DNA of 32,000 bases from Phycisphaera mikurensis NBRC 102666 (GTDB lineage Bacteria > Planctomycetota > Phycisphaerae > Phycisphaerales > Phycisphaeraceae). The notes under the pieces were generated by a model. The model worked only from the letters and a program-made list of their open reading frames with translations. It did not search any database and was not told the DNA's origin. Positions 17,962-25,666 of the stretch are shown here, in pieces. The first letter of the stretch is position 1. Each line of letters opens with the position of its first letter. The position numbers and the translations under genes were made by a program. The DNA lies in NCBI RefSeq assembly GCF_000284115.1, contig NC_017080.1:1830001-1862000 (forward strand), given 5' to 3'.

Positions 17962-18647
17962 GCCGCGGACGGCGGCGTCGAGACGCCGGCCACCGCCGCG
18001 GTCCGCGGTCGGGGCAAGCCCAGGAAGTTCGCGAGCATGGCCGGCCCTTCCGGCGTCATGAAGCTCTCGGGGTGGAACTGCACGCCCTCCAGCGGAGCCG
18101 GACCGAACACGCCCGCCCGCGCCCGCAGCCCCATCACCACCCGCGTCGGCTCGCGGTCCCCGGGCAGCAGGTCGTCGCACCAGGCCGAGACCTCGAAGCG
18201 GTCCGCGTCCACGGTCGCCGCGTCGACCACCAGCGAGTGGTAGCGCATCGCCGTCATCGGCTGCGGGAGGCCGCGGAACAGCGTGGCCCCGTCGTGCGAG
18301 ATCTCGCTCGTCTTCCCGTGCATCAGCAGCCGGTGCCGGCCCACCGTCATGCCGTGCCGCTCGCCGATCGCCTGGTGGCCCAGGCAGACCCCGAGCAGCG
18401 GGACCTTGCCGGCGAGGCGCCCGATGACCTCGCCGCTGACCCCGGCCTCCTTGGGGGTGCAGGGGCCCGGCGAGACGATCACGTGCGTCGGCTCCAGCGC
18501 CTCCGCCTGATCGGCGGTGATCGCGTCGTTGCGGACGACGCGGAGGGGGAGCTCGCCGGGGTCGCGGCCCTCGGCCACGAGCAGCTCGCCGATCCGCTGC
18601 ACGAGGTTCCAGGTGAAGCTGTCGTAGTTGTCGATCAGGAGGATCAC
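17958..18647 (-). CDS. Anthranilate synthase / aminodeoxychorismate synthase glutamine amidotransferase component (trpG/pabA type)
   Basis: VILLIDNYDSFTWNLVQ, VVSPGPCTPKEAGVS, PLLGVCLGHQAIGE, GVQFHPESFMTPEG. Start probably GTG at 18645-18647; 4-bp overlap with trmL. Confidence 0.9.
   Translation of the reverse strand: MILLIDNYDSFTWNLVQRIGELLVAEGRDPGELPLRVVRNDAITADQAEALEPTHVIVSPGPCTPKEAGVSGEVIGRLAGKVPLLGVCLGHQAIGERHGMTVGRHRLLMHGKTSEISHDGATLFRGLPQPMTAMRYHSLVVDAATVDADRFEVSAWCDDLLPGDREPTRVVMGLRARAGVFGPAPLEGVQFHPESFMTPEGPAMLANFLGLPRPRTAAVAGVSTPPSAA
17963..18008. repeat. 46-bp inverted-repeat element, copy 3 (one arm mismatch; inside the 3' end of the amidotransferase gene)
   Basis: CCGCGGACgG (17963-17972) - N26 cggcgtcgagacgccggccaccgccg - CGGTCCGCGG (17999-18008). 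Confidence 0.78.
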
Positions 18648-18877
18648 GGCGGCGACGCTAGCAGGCGGATCCGGGCTCGCGTTGTGCGTTCTTCCGTCCG
18701 GGAGCTGGCCACGCACCGCCCGAATCCGCCGGGCTTCATGCCGGGGCGCCCGCCCGGAACCATGCGGTGCTGGCACGCGGCGCGGAGCGGAGATCCTGCT
18801 CCAACCACGCCGAAGCGGGCGGCACCGGTTGGACCCGCGTCTGCGGACACCCGATGTCCCCGGATAGGATCCCGACG

Positions 18878-19222
18878 ATGCCTCCCGAGGCCCCAGCCGT
18901 TCCCGAGCGCGTGACCACGCCCCTTCCCGCGAGCCGGGTGGCGGGGCTCTCGTTCGTGCTGCTGCTGGTGCTCACCGGCACGGCGGCGGCGGCGGGTCCT
19001 TCGGGTTGGGCGTCGGACAGCGGGCGGCGGTCGGCCGCCATGCTGATGGCCACGCTGCAGGACGCCGCCCGCCGCCTGGCCGACGCGGAGGCGGCGCCCC
19101 AGCGGCTCCGCCCGCGGGCGGTGGCGGCGCCCGCGGGCGTCCCCACGCTCGCTCCGCAGACGCCGCGGCACACGCCGCCGCTCCGGCCGTCGCTTTGCGT
19201 GCTGCCGCCGCCGGCGGGCTGA
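18878..19222 (+). CDS. Small hypothetical protein with a hydrophobic N-terminal segment
   Basis: MPPEAPAVPERVTTPLPASRVAGLSFVLLLVLTGTAAAAGPSGWASDSGRRSAAML...; 114 aa, no recognised domain; start choice uncertain. Confidence 0.4.
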   Translation: MPPEAPAVPERVTTPLPASRVAGLSFVLLLVLTGTAAAAGPSGWASDSGRRSAAMLMATLQDAARRLADAEAAPQRLRPRAVAAPAGVPTLAPQTPRHTPPLRPSLCVLPPPAG

Positions 19223-19276
19223 CCCACTTCCTTCCGCACCGCGGGCTCCGGCCCCGGTCCGCTCCGCCGCGTCCAC

Positions 19277-19322
19277 CCGCGGACCGTCGCCCCTTGCGGG
19301 CGGGACGGCCCCCGGTCCGCGG
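19277..19322. repeat. 46-bp inverted-repeat element, copy 4
   Basis: CCGCGGACCG (19277-19286) - N26 tcgccccttgcgggcgggacggcccc - CGGTCCGCGG (19313-19322). Confidence 0.88.
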
Positions 19323-19432
19323 CCTCCCGCCCTCCGCGACGCGCCCTTCTCCGGCGGCGTCGCCGCCCGCCCGATCCGCGACCCGCGGATCCAGGCACGC
19401 CTTCCTCCGAAGGCAGAAACAGGAATCAGCCC

Positions 19433-22400
19433 ATGGTCATCCAGGCCCTCTCCAAGTCGATGTCGCGAGTCTTCGGCTCCCGCAACGACCGCGTCATCAA
19501 GAAGTATCGCGCCCGCGCTGCGGCCGTCCTCGATTGGGAGCCGAAGATTCGGCCGCTCACGGACGCCGAAATCACCGAAAAGACCGTCGAGTTCAACCGC
19601 CGCCACGTCGACGAGAACGAGGAGATGGCGGACATGCTCCCCGAGGTCATGGCCGTCGCCCGCGAGGCGATGGACCGCTCGGTGGGGATCCGCAACGCCT
19701 TCAACCCCGAGCACCGCTCCAAGTTCGCCGCCGACAAGCTCAGCCCCGAGATGAGGTCGCTCTGGGAAGAGCTCTGCGCCAAGGCGGACGCGATCACGCC
19801 CCGCCCCGTGCTCGGGGGCGATCCCGCGCCCGGCCACCTGCTCGTCGACGTGCCCAACGCCTTCTACGACGCGGTGCGCGAGATCTACGACGTCTCCCGC
19901 CCGCCCTTCCGCGCCCGGCCCTTCGACGTGCAGATCATCGGCGCCATGGTCCTCTCCGAGGGCCGGATCGCGGAGATGCGGACGGGCGAGGGCAAGACGA
20001 TCGTCGCCCCGCTCGCCTGCTATCCGGCCTGCATCGAGGGCATGCAGGGGCACGTGGTCACCGTGAACGACTACCTCGTGCAGCGCGACCGCGACTGGGT
20101 CTTCCCCTTCTACCTGGCGTTGGGCCTGAACGTGGGGGCGATCCACCCCCACCACCAGCAGCCGCCGCAGATGAAGGGGCAGGCTTACATGTGCAACGTC
20201 GTGTACGGCACGAATTCGGAGTTCGGATTCGATTACCTGCGCGACAACATGAAGGAGAACCCCGCCGAGCAGGTGCAGAAGCGGCGCGACTTCTGCATCG
20301 TCGACGAGATCGACTCGATCCTCATCGACGAAGCCCGCACCCCGCTGATCATCTCCGGCCCGGCCCACGCCGACGCCCCACGGTACGAGCTGGCGGACCG
20401 CATCGCCCGCCACCTCTTCGAGAAGCAGCGGCAGTGGGACGCGAAGGACAAGAAGTTCAAGGCCGCCGAGCTGCGGGCCAAGGGCCTCGAGGGCGACATC
20501 CGCAACGCGCGCGACAAGTCGAGGATCAAAGCCATGCGGGCGGAGCTCAAGGAGCTCCAGGCCGAGCTGCCGGAGCTGGAGGCCGACCGCGACACCCACC
20601 CGCAGTACTACGAGGTGGAGCCGGAACGCAAAGCCGCTCACGTCACCCACGAGGGCATCGCCGAGGCGCAGAAGATCGCGAACATCGGCAGCTTCTACGT
20701 GGGCGACAACATCGACTTCCCGCACCTGCTCACCAACGCGGTGCGGGCGCACACCGTCTACAAGCGCGACCAGCAGTACGTGGTGCAGGGCGGCGAGGTC
20801 GTGATCGTCGACGAGTTCACCGGCCGCCTGATGGTGGGACGCCAGTGGAGCGACGGGCTGCACCAGGCCGTCGAGCAGAAGGAGAAGGTGAAGGTCAAGG
20901 AGGAGACGCAGACGCTCGCCACCGTCACCATCCAGAACTACTTCAAGCTGTACGACCGCCTCGCCGGCATGACCGGCACGGCGATCACCGAGGCCACCGA
21001 GTTCGGCGAGATCTACAAGCTCGACGTCGTGTCGATCCCGACCAACCGGCCGATCCAGCGGACCGATCGCGAAGACCTCATCTTCCTCTCCGAGAAAGAC
21101 AAGTGGAACGCGATCGTCGACGAGGTCGAGCGGGTCCACAACCTCGGGCGTCCCGTGCTCGTCGGCACGACGAGCGTGGACAAGAGCGAGATGCTCTCGG
21201 AGCTGCTCCGCAAGCGGCACGGCATCAAGCACGAGGTGCTCAACGCCAAGGCCGAGCACGCCGAGCGGGAGGGCAACATCGTCGAGGACGCCGGGCACCT
21301 GGCGGCCGTGATGATCGCGACCAACATGGCCGGCCGGGGCACCGACATCAAGCTGCAGCCGATCAGCCGCGACATGCTGCTGGAGCATTGGAAGAAGCGC
21401 GACATGATCCCCGCCGCGGCGACGGTGCAGATGAGCGACGACCAGCTGGTGGCGATGAGCTACCGGCACCAGGCGGTCCGAGCGCTGGGCATCTCCAAGA
21501 GCGAGGCGGAGGCCGTCGCCGACGCGGACCTGCGGCTCCGGCTGTTCCGCCACTGGGCCGTGCAGGACGCCTTCGTCGAGGAGAAGAAGGCCGCCGCGAT
21601 GACGCTGGAGCAGTGCGTGGAAGCGCTGGACGGGATCGCCGACTACCAGCGGCACCGGCTGGAGGTGTTCCCCTCGATCGAGCGGATGGGCGGCCTGCAC
21701 ATCGTCGGCACCGAGCGGCACGAGAGCCGCCGCATCGACAACCAGCTCCGCGGCCGGGCCGGCCGCCAGGGCGATCGGGGCAGCTCGCGCTTCTTCATCT
21801 CGCTCGAGGACGACCTGATGAAGCAGTTCGCCGGCGACAAGACCAAGTACATCCTCTCGAAGCTGGGCATGAAGGAGGGCGACGCGATCGAGCACGGCAT
21901 GGTCAGCCGCAGCGTCGAGCGGGCCCAGCGGAAGGTCGAGGAGCGGAACTACGAGATCCGCAAGAACCTGCTCGAGTACGACGAGGTGATGGAGTTCCAG
22001 CGGAACGACTTCTACAAGCTGCGGCAGAGCGTGATCGAGGGCCGCAAGATCTCCGAAACGGTGCACGATTACCTGAGCGAGTCCGTGGACGACGCCGCCG
22101 ACCGCTACCTCGCGAAGGACTACACGCGCACGCAGGTGGCCGAGTGGTGCCTTGCCGAGCACGACATCAGCGTCGACCCGGCGCGCATCCAGCTGCACAC
22201 GCTGCACGAGCTCGAGGAGATCGTCCGGCGGTCGGCCAAGGAGGAGAGCATGGCCCTCATCGACATGACCGTCGACGAGTACCTCTCGATGGACACGCCC
22301 ACCGAGGACTGGGACTTCGCCGGGGTGCAGGCCTGGGCGAAGAGCAAGCTCGGCGTGCACCTCGACGGCGACGCGCTGCGCCAGATGAACCCCACCTCGC

Positions 22401-23596
22401 TGAAGCGCGAGCTCGGCGACCGCTACGCCGAGGTGATCGACGCGAAGGACCTCACCGGGCTCGAGAAGTTCATCGACACCGACCCCGGCCGCCGCGACCT
22501 CGCCGGGTGGATGGGCCAGCAGTTCGGGGTGGAGGTTCCCGTGGAGGAGCTCAGCGACAAGTCCGCCGAGGAGGCCCGCCGCGTCGCCACCGAGAAGGTG
22601 GAAGCCGCTTACCGGCAGCGGGAGATCGACGTTCCCTGCGAAGCGGTCGTCAACCAGTTGCTCGCCGATCTGCAGTCCGGCGAGCAGAACCAGGCCGGCC
22701 TGCGGCTGCTGGGGTACGCGAAGATCCGCCTGCGGGAGGACTGGAAGCCCGAGGACATCAACGGCAAGACCCCCCAGGACATCTTCGAGAAGCTGCGGGA
22801 CTCGACGAAGGCCTGGCTGGAGCCCGGCGGCAAGCTCGAGCAGGAGGCCAAGGAGATCGGCGTGAAGTTCGCCGACGACGAGGAGGGCCTGGCCAAGTGG
22901 GTGAAAGAGCGCCACGGGGCCCAGCTGCACCCCGAGGCGTTCGAGCAGGCGCGAAAGGACGCCAAAGAGGCGGGCGAGGAGGGGCGTTGGGCGGAGCGGA
23001 TGATCGAGCGGATCGGCCGCGACGTCTTCCGCGGCGACCTCACCCGCTTGGAGCGCTACGTCCTCCTGCAGATCATCGACCAGGCCTGGAAGGACCACCT
23101 CTACGCGATGGACTCGCTGAAGAATGCCGTGGGGATGCGGGGCTACGCCGAGAAGGACCCGCGGATCGAGTACAAGCGGGAGGGGGCGAACCTCTACAAC
23201 GAGATGCAGGGTTCGACGCGGAACCGCGTGGCGGAGCTGGTATTCCGGGCGAAGCTGCAGCCGCAGCAGATGGCCCCGCGGCGGCCGGCGGGCCCGGCGC
23301 CGGTGCAGGGCGTCTCCGCCGCCGCCGTCGCCGAGGCGCTGGGCATCGGCACCGAAACCGAGGCCCAGAAGCACGGCGGCCCGGAGCTGGAGGGCGACGA
23401 GACGCGCGTGGTGGACCCCGCCGCCGCCGCGGCGACGCCGCCGCTGCCCGAGCCCGATTCCGCGTCCGCTCAGCCCGAAGCGGAGGCGGCGTCCCCGGAC
23501 GAGAAGGCCGACGAGGGCGGCGAGCCCGGGATGACGCGGAAGCAGCGCCGGGCGAAGGAGGCCGAGGAGCGTCGCAACCGGAAGCGCGACGCCTGA
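19433..23596 (+). CDS. secA: Preprotein translocase subunit SecA, unusually long (1387 aa)
   Basis: MRTGEGKTIVAPLACYPACIEGMQGHVVTVNDYLVQRD, VYGTNSEFGFDYLRDNM, GRQWSDGLHQAVEQKE, MTGTAITEATEFGEIYKLDVVSIPTNRP, MAGRGTDIKL, GRAGRQGDRGSSRFFISLEDDLMKQF, LQIIDQAWKDHLYAMDSLK. Confidence 0.98.
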   Translation: MVIQALSKSMSRVFGSRNDRVIKKYRARAAAVLDWEPKIRPLTDAEITEKTVEFNRRHVDENEEMADMLPEVMAVAREAMDRSVGIRNAFNPEHRSKFAADKLSPEMRSLWEELCAKADAITPRPVLGGDPAPGHLLVDVPNAFYDAVREIYDVSRPPFRARPFDVQIIGAMVLSEGRIAEMRTGEGKTIVAPLACYPACIEGMQGHVVTVNDYLVQRDRDWVFPFYLALGLNVGAIHPHHQQPPQMKGQAYMCNVVYGTNSEFGFDYLRDNMKENPAEQVQKRRDFCIVDEIDSILIDEARTPLIISGPAHADAPRYELADRIARHLFEKQRQWDAKDKKFKAAELRAKGLEGDIRNARDKSRIKAMRAELKELQAELPELEADRDTHPQYYEVEPERKAAHVTHEGIAEAQKIANIGSFYVGDNIDFPHLLTNAVRAHTVYKRDQQYVVQGGEVVIVDEFTGRLMVGRQWSDGLHQAVEQKEKVKVKEETQTLATVTIQNYFKLYDRLAGMTGTAITEATEFGEIYKLDVVSIPTNRPIQRTDREDLIFLSEKDKWNAIVDEVERVHNLGRPVLVGTTSVDKSEMLSELLRKRHGIKHEVLNAKAEHAEREGNIVEDAGHLAAVMIATNMAGRGTDIKLQPISRDMLLEHWKKRDMIPAAATVQMSDDQLVAMSYRHQAVRALGISKSEAEAVADADLRLRLFRHWAVQDAFVEEKKAAAMTLEQCVEALDGIADYQRHRLEVFPSIERMGGLHIVGTERHESRRIDNQLRGRAGRQGDRGSSRFFISLEDDLMKQFAGDKTKYILSKLGMKEGDAIEHGMVSRSVERAQRKVEERNYEIRKNLLEYDEVMEFQRNDFYKLRQSVIEGRKISETVHDYLSESVDDAADRYLAKDYTRTQVAEWCLAEHDISVDPARIQLHTLHELEEIVRRSAKEESMALIDMTVDEYLSMDTPTEDWDFAGVQAWAKSKLGVHLDGDALRQMNPTSLKRELGDRYAEVIDAKDLTGLEKFIDTDPGRRDLAGWMGQQFGVEVPVEELSDKSAEEARRVATEKVEAAYRQREIDVPCEAVVNQLLADLQSGEQNQAGLRLLGYAKIRLREDWKPEDINGKTPQDIFEKLRDSTKAWLEPGGKLEQEAKEIGVKFADDEEGLAKWVKERHGAQLHPEAFEQARKDAKEAGEEGRWAERMIERIGRDVFRGDLTRLERYVLLQIIDQAWKDHLYAMDSLKNAVGMRGYAEKDPRIEYKREGANLYNEMQGSTRNRVAELVFRAKLQPQQMAPRRPAGPAPVQGVSAAAVAEALGIGTETEAQKHGGPELEGDETRVVDPAAAAATPPLPEPDSASAQPEAEAASPDEKADEGGEPGMTRKQRRAKEAEERRNRKRDA

Positions 23597-23597
23597 G

Positions 23598-23643
23598 CCG
23601 CGGACCGCGGCTTGCTGAAAGCCGAAGAGGCCGCGGTCCGCGG
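23598..23643. repeat. 46-bp inverted-repeat element, copy 5; begins 2 nt after the secA stop codon; terminator-like hairpin
   Basis: CCGCGGACCG (23598-23607) - N26 cggcttgctgaaagccgaagaggccg - CGGTCCGCGG (23634-23643). Perfect pairing extends to 14 bp (23598-23611 / 23630-23643). Confidence 0.9.
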
Positions 23644-23650
23644 AAGCGGG

Positions 23651-23674
23651 CCGTTGCCGTTGCCGTTGCCGTTG
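23651..23674 (+). repeat. Hexanucleotide microsatellite (CCGTTG)x4
   Basis: ccgttgccgttgccgttgccgttg between convergent secA and the DUF4332-like gene. Confidence 0.95.
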
Positions 23675-23695
23675 GAGCTCGCCGGCTCGCCGGCT

Positions 23696-24103
23696 TCAGT
23701 GGGTCACGCGGGGCTCGAGCTCCTTGGCCTGGCTGATCCAGCCGGCGACCTTGCTCTCGGTCGGCAGCGAGCGGACGAGCTTCTTCGCCTCGTTGACCGC
23801 CGCCATCGAGGCCGTGAGGTTCTGGGGGTTGCGGGTGCGAAGCTCCTTGACGGTGTCGACGCCGGCGGCCTCGAGCAGGTCGCTGTACTCCTCGCCCACG
23901 CCGGAGATCCGCATGAGGTCCGCCATGTTCACGTGCCGCAGCACCTCCGAGGCGTCCATGCCGTGCTCGGCCGCGAAGGCTCGGCGCTTCTTCGCGTCGC
24001 CGCACGCGTCGAGCAGCTGCTCGGTCGTTTCGATGCCGGCGGTGTTGTACTTGACGCTCTTGACCGGGCCGATGCCCTCGAGTTCGATGATCTTGTAGGC
24101 CAT
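23696..24103 (-). CDS. DUF4332-like helix-hairpin-helix domain protein
   Basis: MAYKIIELEGIGPVKSVKYNTAGIETTEQLLDACGDAKKRRAFAAEHGMDASEVLRHVNMADLMRISGVGEEYSDLLEAAGVDTVKELRTRNPQNL; 135 aa. Confidence 0.8.
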   Translation of the reverse strand: MAYKIIELEGIGPVKSVKYNTAGIETTEQLLDACGDAKKRRAFAAEHGMDASEVLRHVNMADLMRISGVGEEYSDLLEAAGVDTVKELRTRNPQNLTASMAAVNEAKKLVRSLPTESKVAGWISQAKELEPRVTH

Positions 24104-24297
24104 GACGTGCTTCCTTCGAAGGGGAGAGGGTGCGGGGCCCCGGTGGCCCCGCCGCACCGTACCGCGTGCGGCAACGATCTCGAGCGAAGAACCGGGATCC
24201 GGGCTGCCGGCCATCCTCGCGTCGGCGTCTCGCCCGCCGAGGGATCCGGGAGGTCCGGCGGGTCCGGCGGGTCCGGGACGCTGCTCTAGCCTCGGGC

Positions 24298-25020
24298 ATG
24301 AGCCGACCCGCCGATCGCCTCCGACCCTTCTCCCTCGAGCGCGTGCCGTCGATGGCGGCGGGCGCGGCTCTGGCGGTGGCGGGTTCCACCCGCGTGATCT
24401 GCACGGCGAGCGTGGCGAGCGAGCCGCCGCGGTGGATCCGACGCGGCGCGGACGGGCAGCCGGAGCACGGCTGGGTGACGGCGGAGTACGCGATGATGCC
24501 CGGCTCGACGCCGGAGCGGCAGCGGCGCGGTGGCGGGTCGCGCGCGATCGAGATCCAGCGGCTGATCGCCCGGAGCCTCCGGGCGGCGGTGGACCTGGAT
24601 CAGATGCCTGGGCTGGCGATCACGTGCGACTGCGACGTGCTGGTCGCGGACGGCGGGACACGCACGGCGGCCGTCACCGGCGCCTGCGTGGCGCTGCGTC
24701 GCGCGGTGCGGGCGGCCCTGGAGGCGGGCACCCTCGGGCGGGATCCGTGGCTCGGCAACGTCGCCGCGGTGAGCGTCGGCATGGTGGGAGGCGTGCCGAC
24801 GCTCGACCTCGACTACCCGCTGGACTCCTCCGCGGAAGTCGACATGAACGTCGTGATGAACGATCGAGGCCGCTTCATCGAGGTGCAGGGCACCGGCGAG
24901 AAGGGCGACTTCAGCCGGAGCCAGCTCGACGCGATGCTCGGTCTGGCGGAGGCGGGCATCCGCGAGCTGCACCGCGTGCAGGCGGCGGCGCTGGCGGAGG
25001 ATGATCGCGGCGCGGCCTGA
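24298..25020 (+). CDS. rph: Ribonuclease PH
   Basis: MSRPADRLRPFSLE, GSTRVICTASV, GWVTAEYAMMPGSTPERQRR, SRAIEIQRLIARSLRAAVDL, CDCDVLVADGGTRTAAVTGA, EVQGTGEKGDFSRSQLDAMLGLA; 240 aa. Confidence 0.96.
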   Translation: MSRPADRLRPFSLERVPSMAAGAALAVAGSTRVICTASVASEPPRWIRRGADGQPEHGWVTAEYAMMPGSTPERQRRGGGSRAIEIQRLIARSLRAAVDLDQMPGLAITCDCDVLVADGGTRTAAVTGACVALRRAVRAALEAGTLGRDPWLGNVAAVSVGMVGGVPTLDLDYPLDSSAEVDMNVVMNDRGRFIEVQGTGEKGDFSRSQLDAMLGLAEAGIRELHRVQAAALAEDDRGAA

Positions 25021-25057
25021 TCAGCGCCGGGCGTGCGCCGCGGCGTCGCGGCGCGAA

Positions 25058-25089
25058 GGGGCCGCCGCGCGTTCCCGCGCGGCGGCCCC
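25058..25089. terminator. Strong hairpin between convergent rph and hsp20, putative bidirectional terminator
   Basis: GGGGCCGCCGCGC (25058-25070) - gttccc - GCGCGGCGGCCCC (25077-25089); 13-bp perfect stem, no clear T-tract. Confidence 0.65.
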
Positions 25090-25097
25090 GGGGTCGT

Positions 25098-25571
25098 TTA
25101 CTTCACCTCGATCTTGCGGGGCTTCACGTCCTCCCGCTTGGGCAGGCGGAGCGTCAGCACGCCGCTGTCGAGGCTGGCGTCGACGCTGGTGGCGTCGTAG
25201 GCCTTGGGCAGCGAGAAGCGGCGGCTGACGTGCATCGTCCGCTCCTGGATGTGCTTGCGGGCCGGGCTCTTGGACGCCTGAGGCTCGCCGCCGTCGGCAT
25301 CCTGGCCGACCTGCTTCCGCTCGGTGCGATCGGCCTCGATCGTGAGCAGGCCGTTCTCGACGTTCACGTCGATCTGGTCCTTGCTGAAGCCGGGCAGCTC
25401 GGCCTCGACCACGAGGGTGTCGTCTTCCTCGCGGACGTCGACGGCGAAGCCGCCGGTGCCCACCGGCGTGCTGCCGCCGGAGCCGTCGAAGAAGGAGGCC
25501 CCGCCGTTGACGGCGCGGTCGAACTGCCGGAGCATGTCGAAGGGGTTGTTGAGGGTGGGGAGGGTGTTCAT
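25098..25571 (-). CDS. Small heat shock protein, Hsp20/alpha-crystallin family
   Basis: MNTLPTLNNPFDMLRQFDRAV...FAVDVREEDDTLVVEAELPGFSKDQIDVNVENGLLTIEADR...SRRFSLPKAYDATSVDASLDSGVLTLRLPKRE; 157 aa. Confidence 0.95.
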   Translation of the reverse strand: MNTLPTLNNPFDMLRQFDRAVNGGASFFDGSGGSTPVGTGGFAVDVREEDDTLVVEAELPGFSKDQIDVNVENGLLTIEADRTERKQVGQDADGGEPQASKSPARKHIQERTMHVSRRFSLPKAYDATSVDASLDSGVLTLRLPKREDVKPRKIEVK

Positions 25572-25582
25572 CGCTGTTGTCT

Positions 25583-25597
25583 CCTTTGAAACAAAGG
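25583..25597 (-). promoter_or_regulatory. Hairpin overlapping the hsp20 Shine-Dalgarno sequence (candidate RNA thermometer)
   Basis: mRNA strand: ...CACC-CCUUUG-UUU-CAAAGG-AGACAACAGCG-AUG. A 6-bp stem pairs the AAAGG part of the SD AAAGGAG. Confidence 0.5.
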
Positions 25598-25650
25598 GGT
25601 GGGAAGAGAAGAAGCCGCTCGAGAGCATCCCGGCGGGTTGCCTCACCTTT

Positions 25651-25666
25651 TGCAAAGCACGTGCCA
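25651..25666 (-). promoter_or_regulatory. Sigma-54 (-24/-12) promoter match upstream of hsp20
   Basis: Minus strand reads TGGCACGTGCTTTGCA, matching TGGCACG-N4-TTGC[AT] at every defined position. Predicted start near 25640, about 69 nt upstream of the ATG. Confidence 0.65.

Noticed and set aside
18644-23374. 1576-aa minus-strand ORF and 1576-aa + ORF 19006..23736
   Set aside because: Out-of-frame and antisense translations over secA; compositionally biased (R/G/A or H/L/V) with no domain signal.
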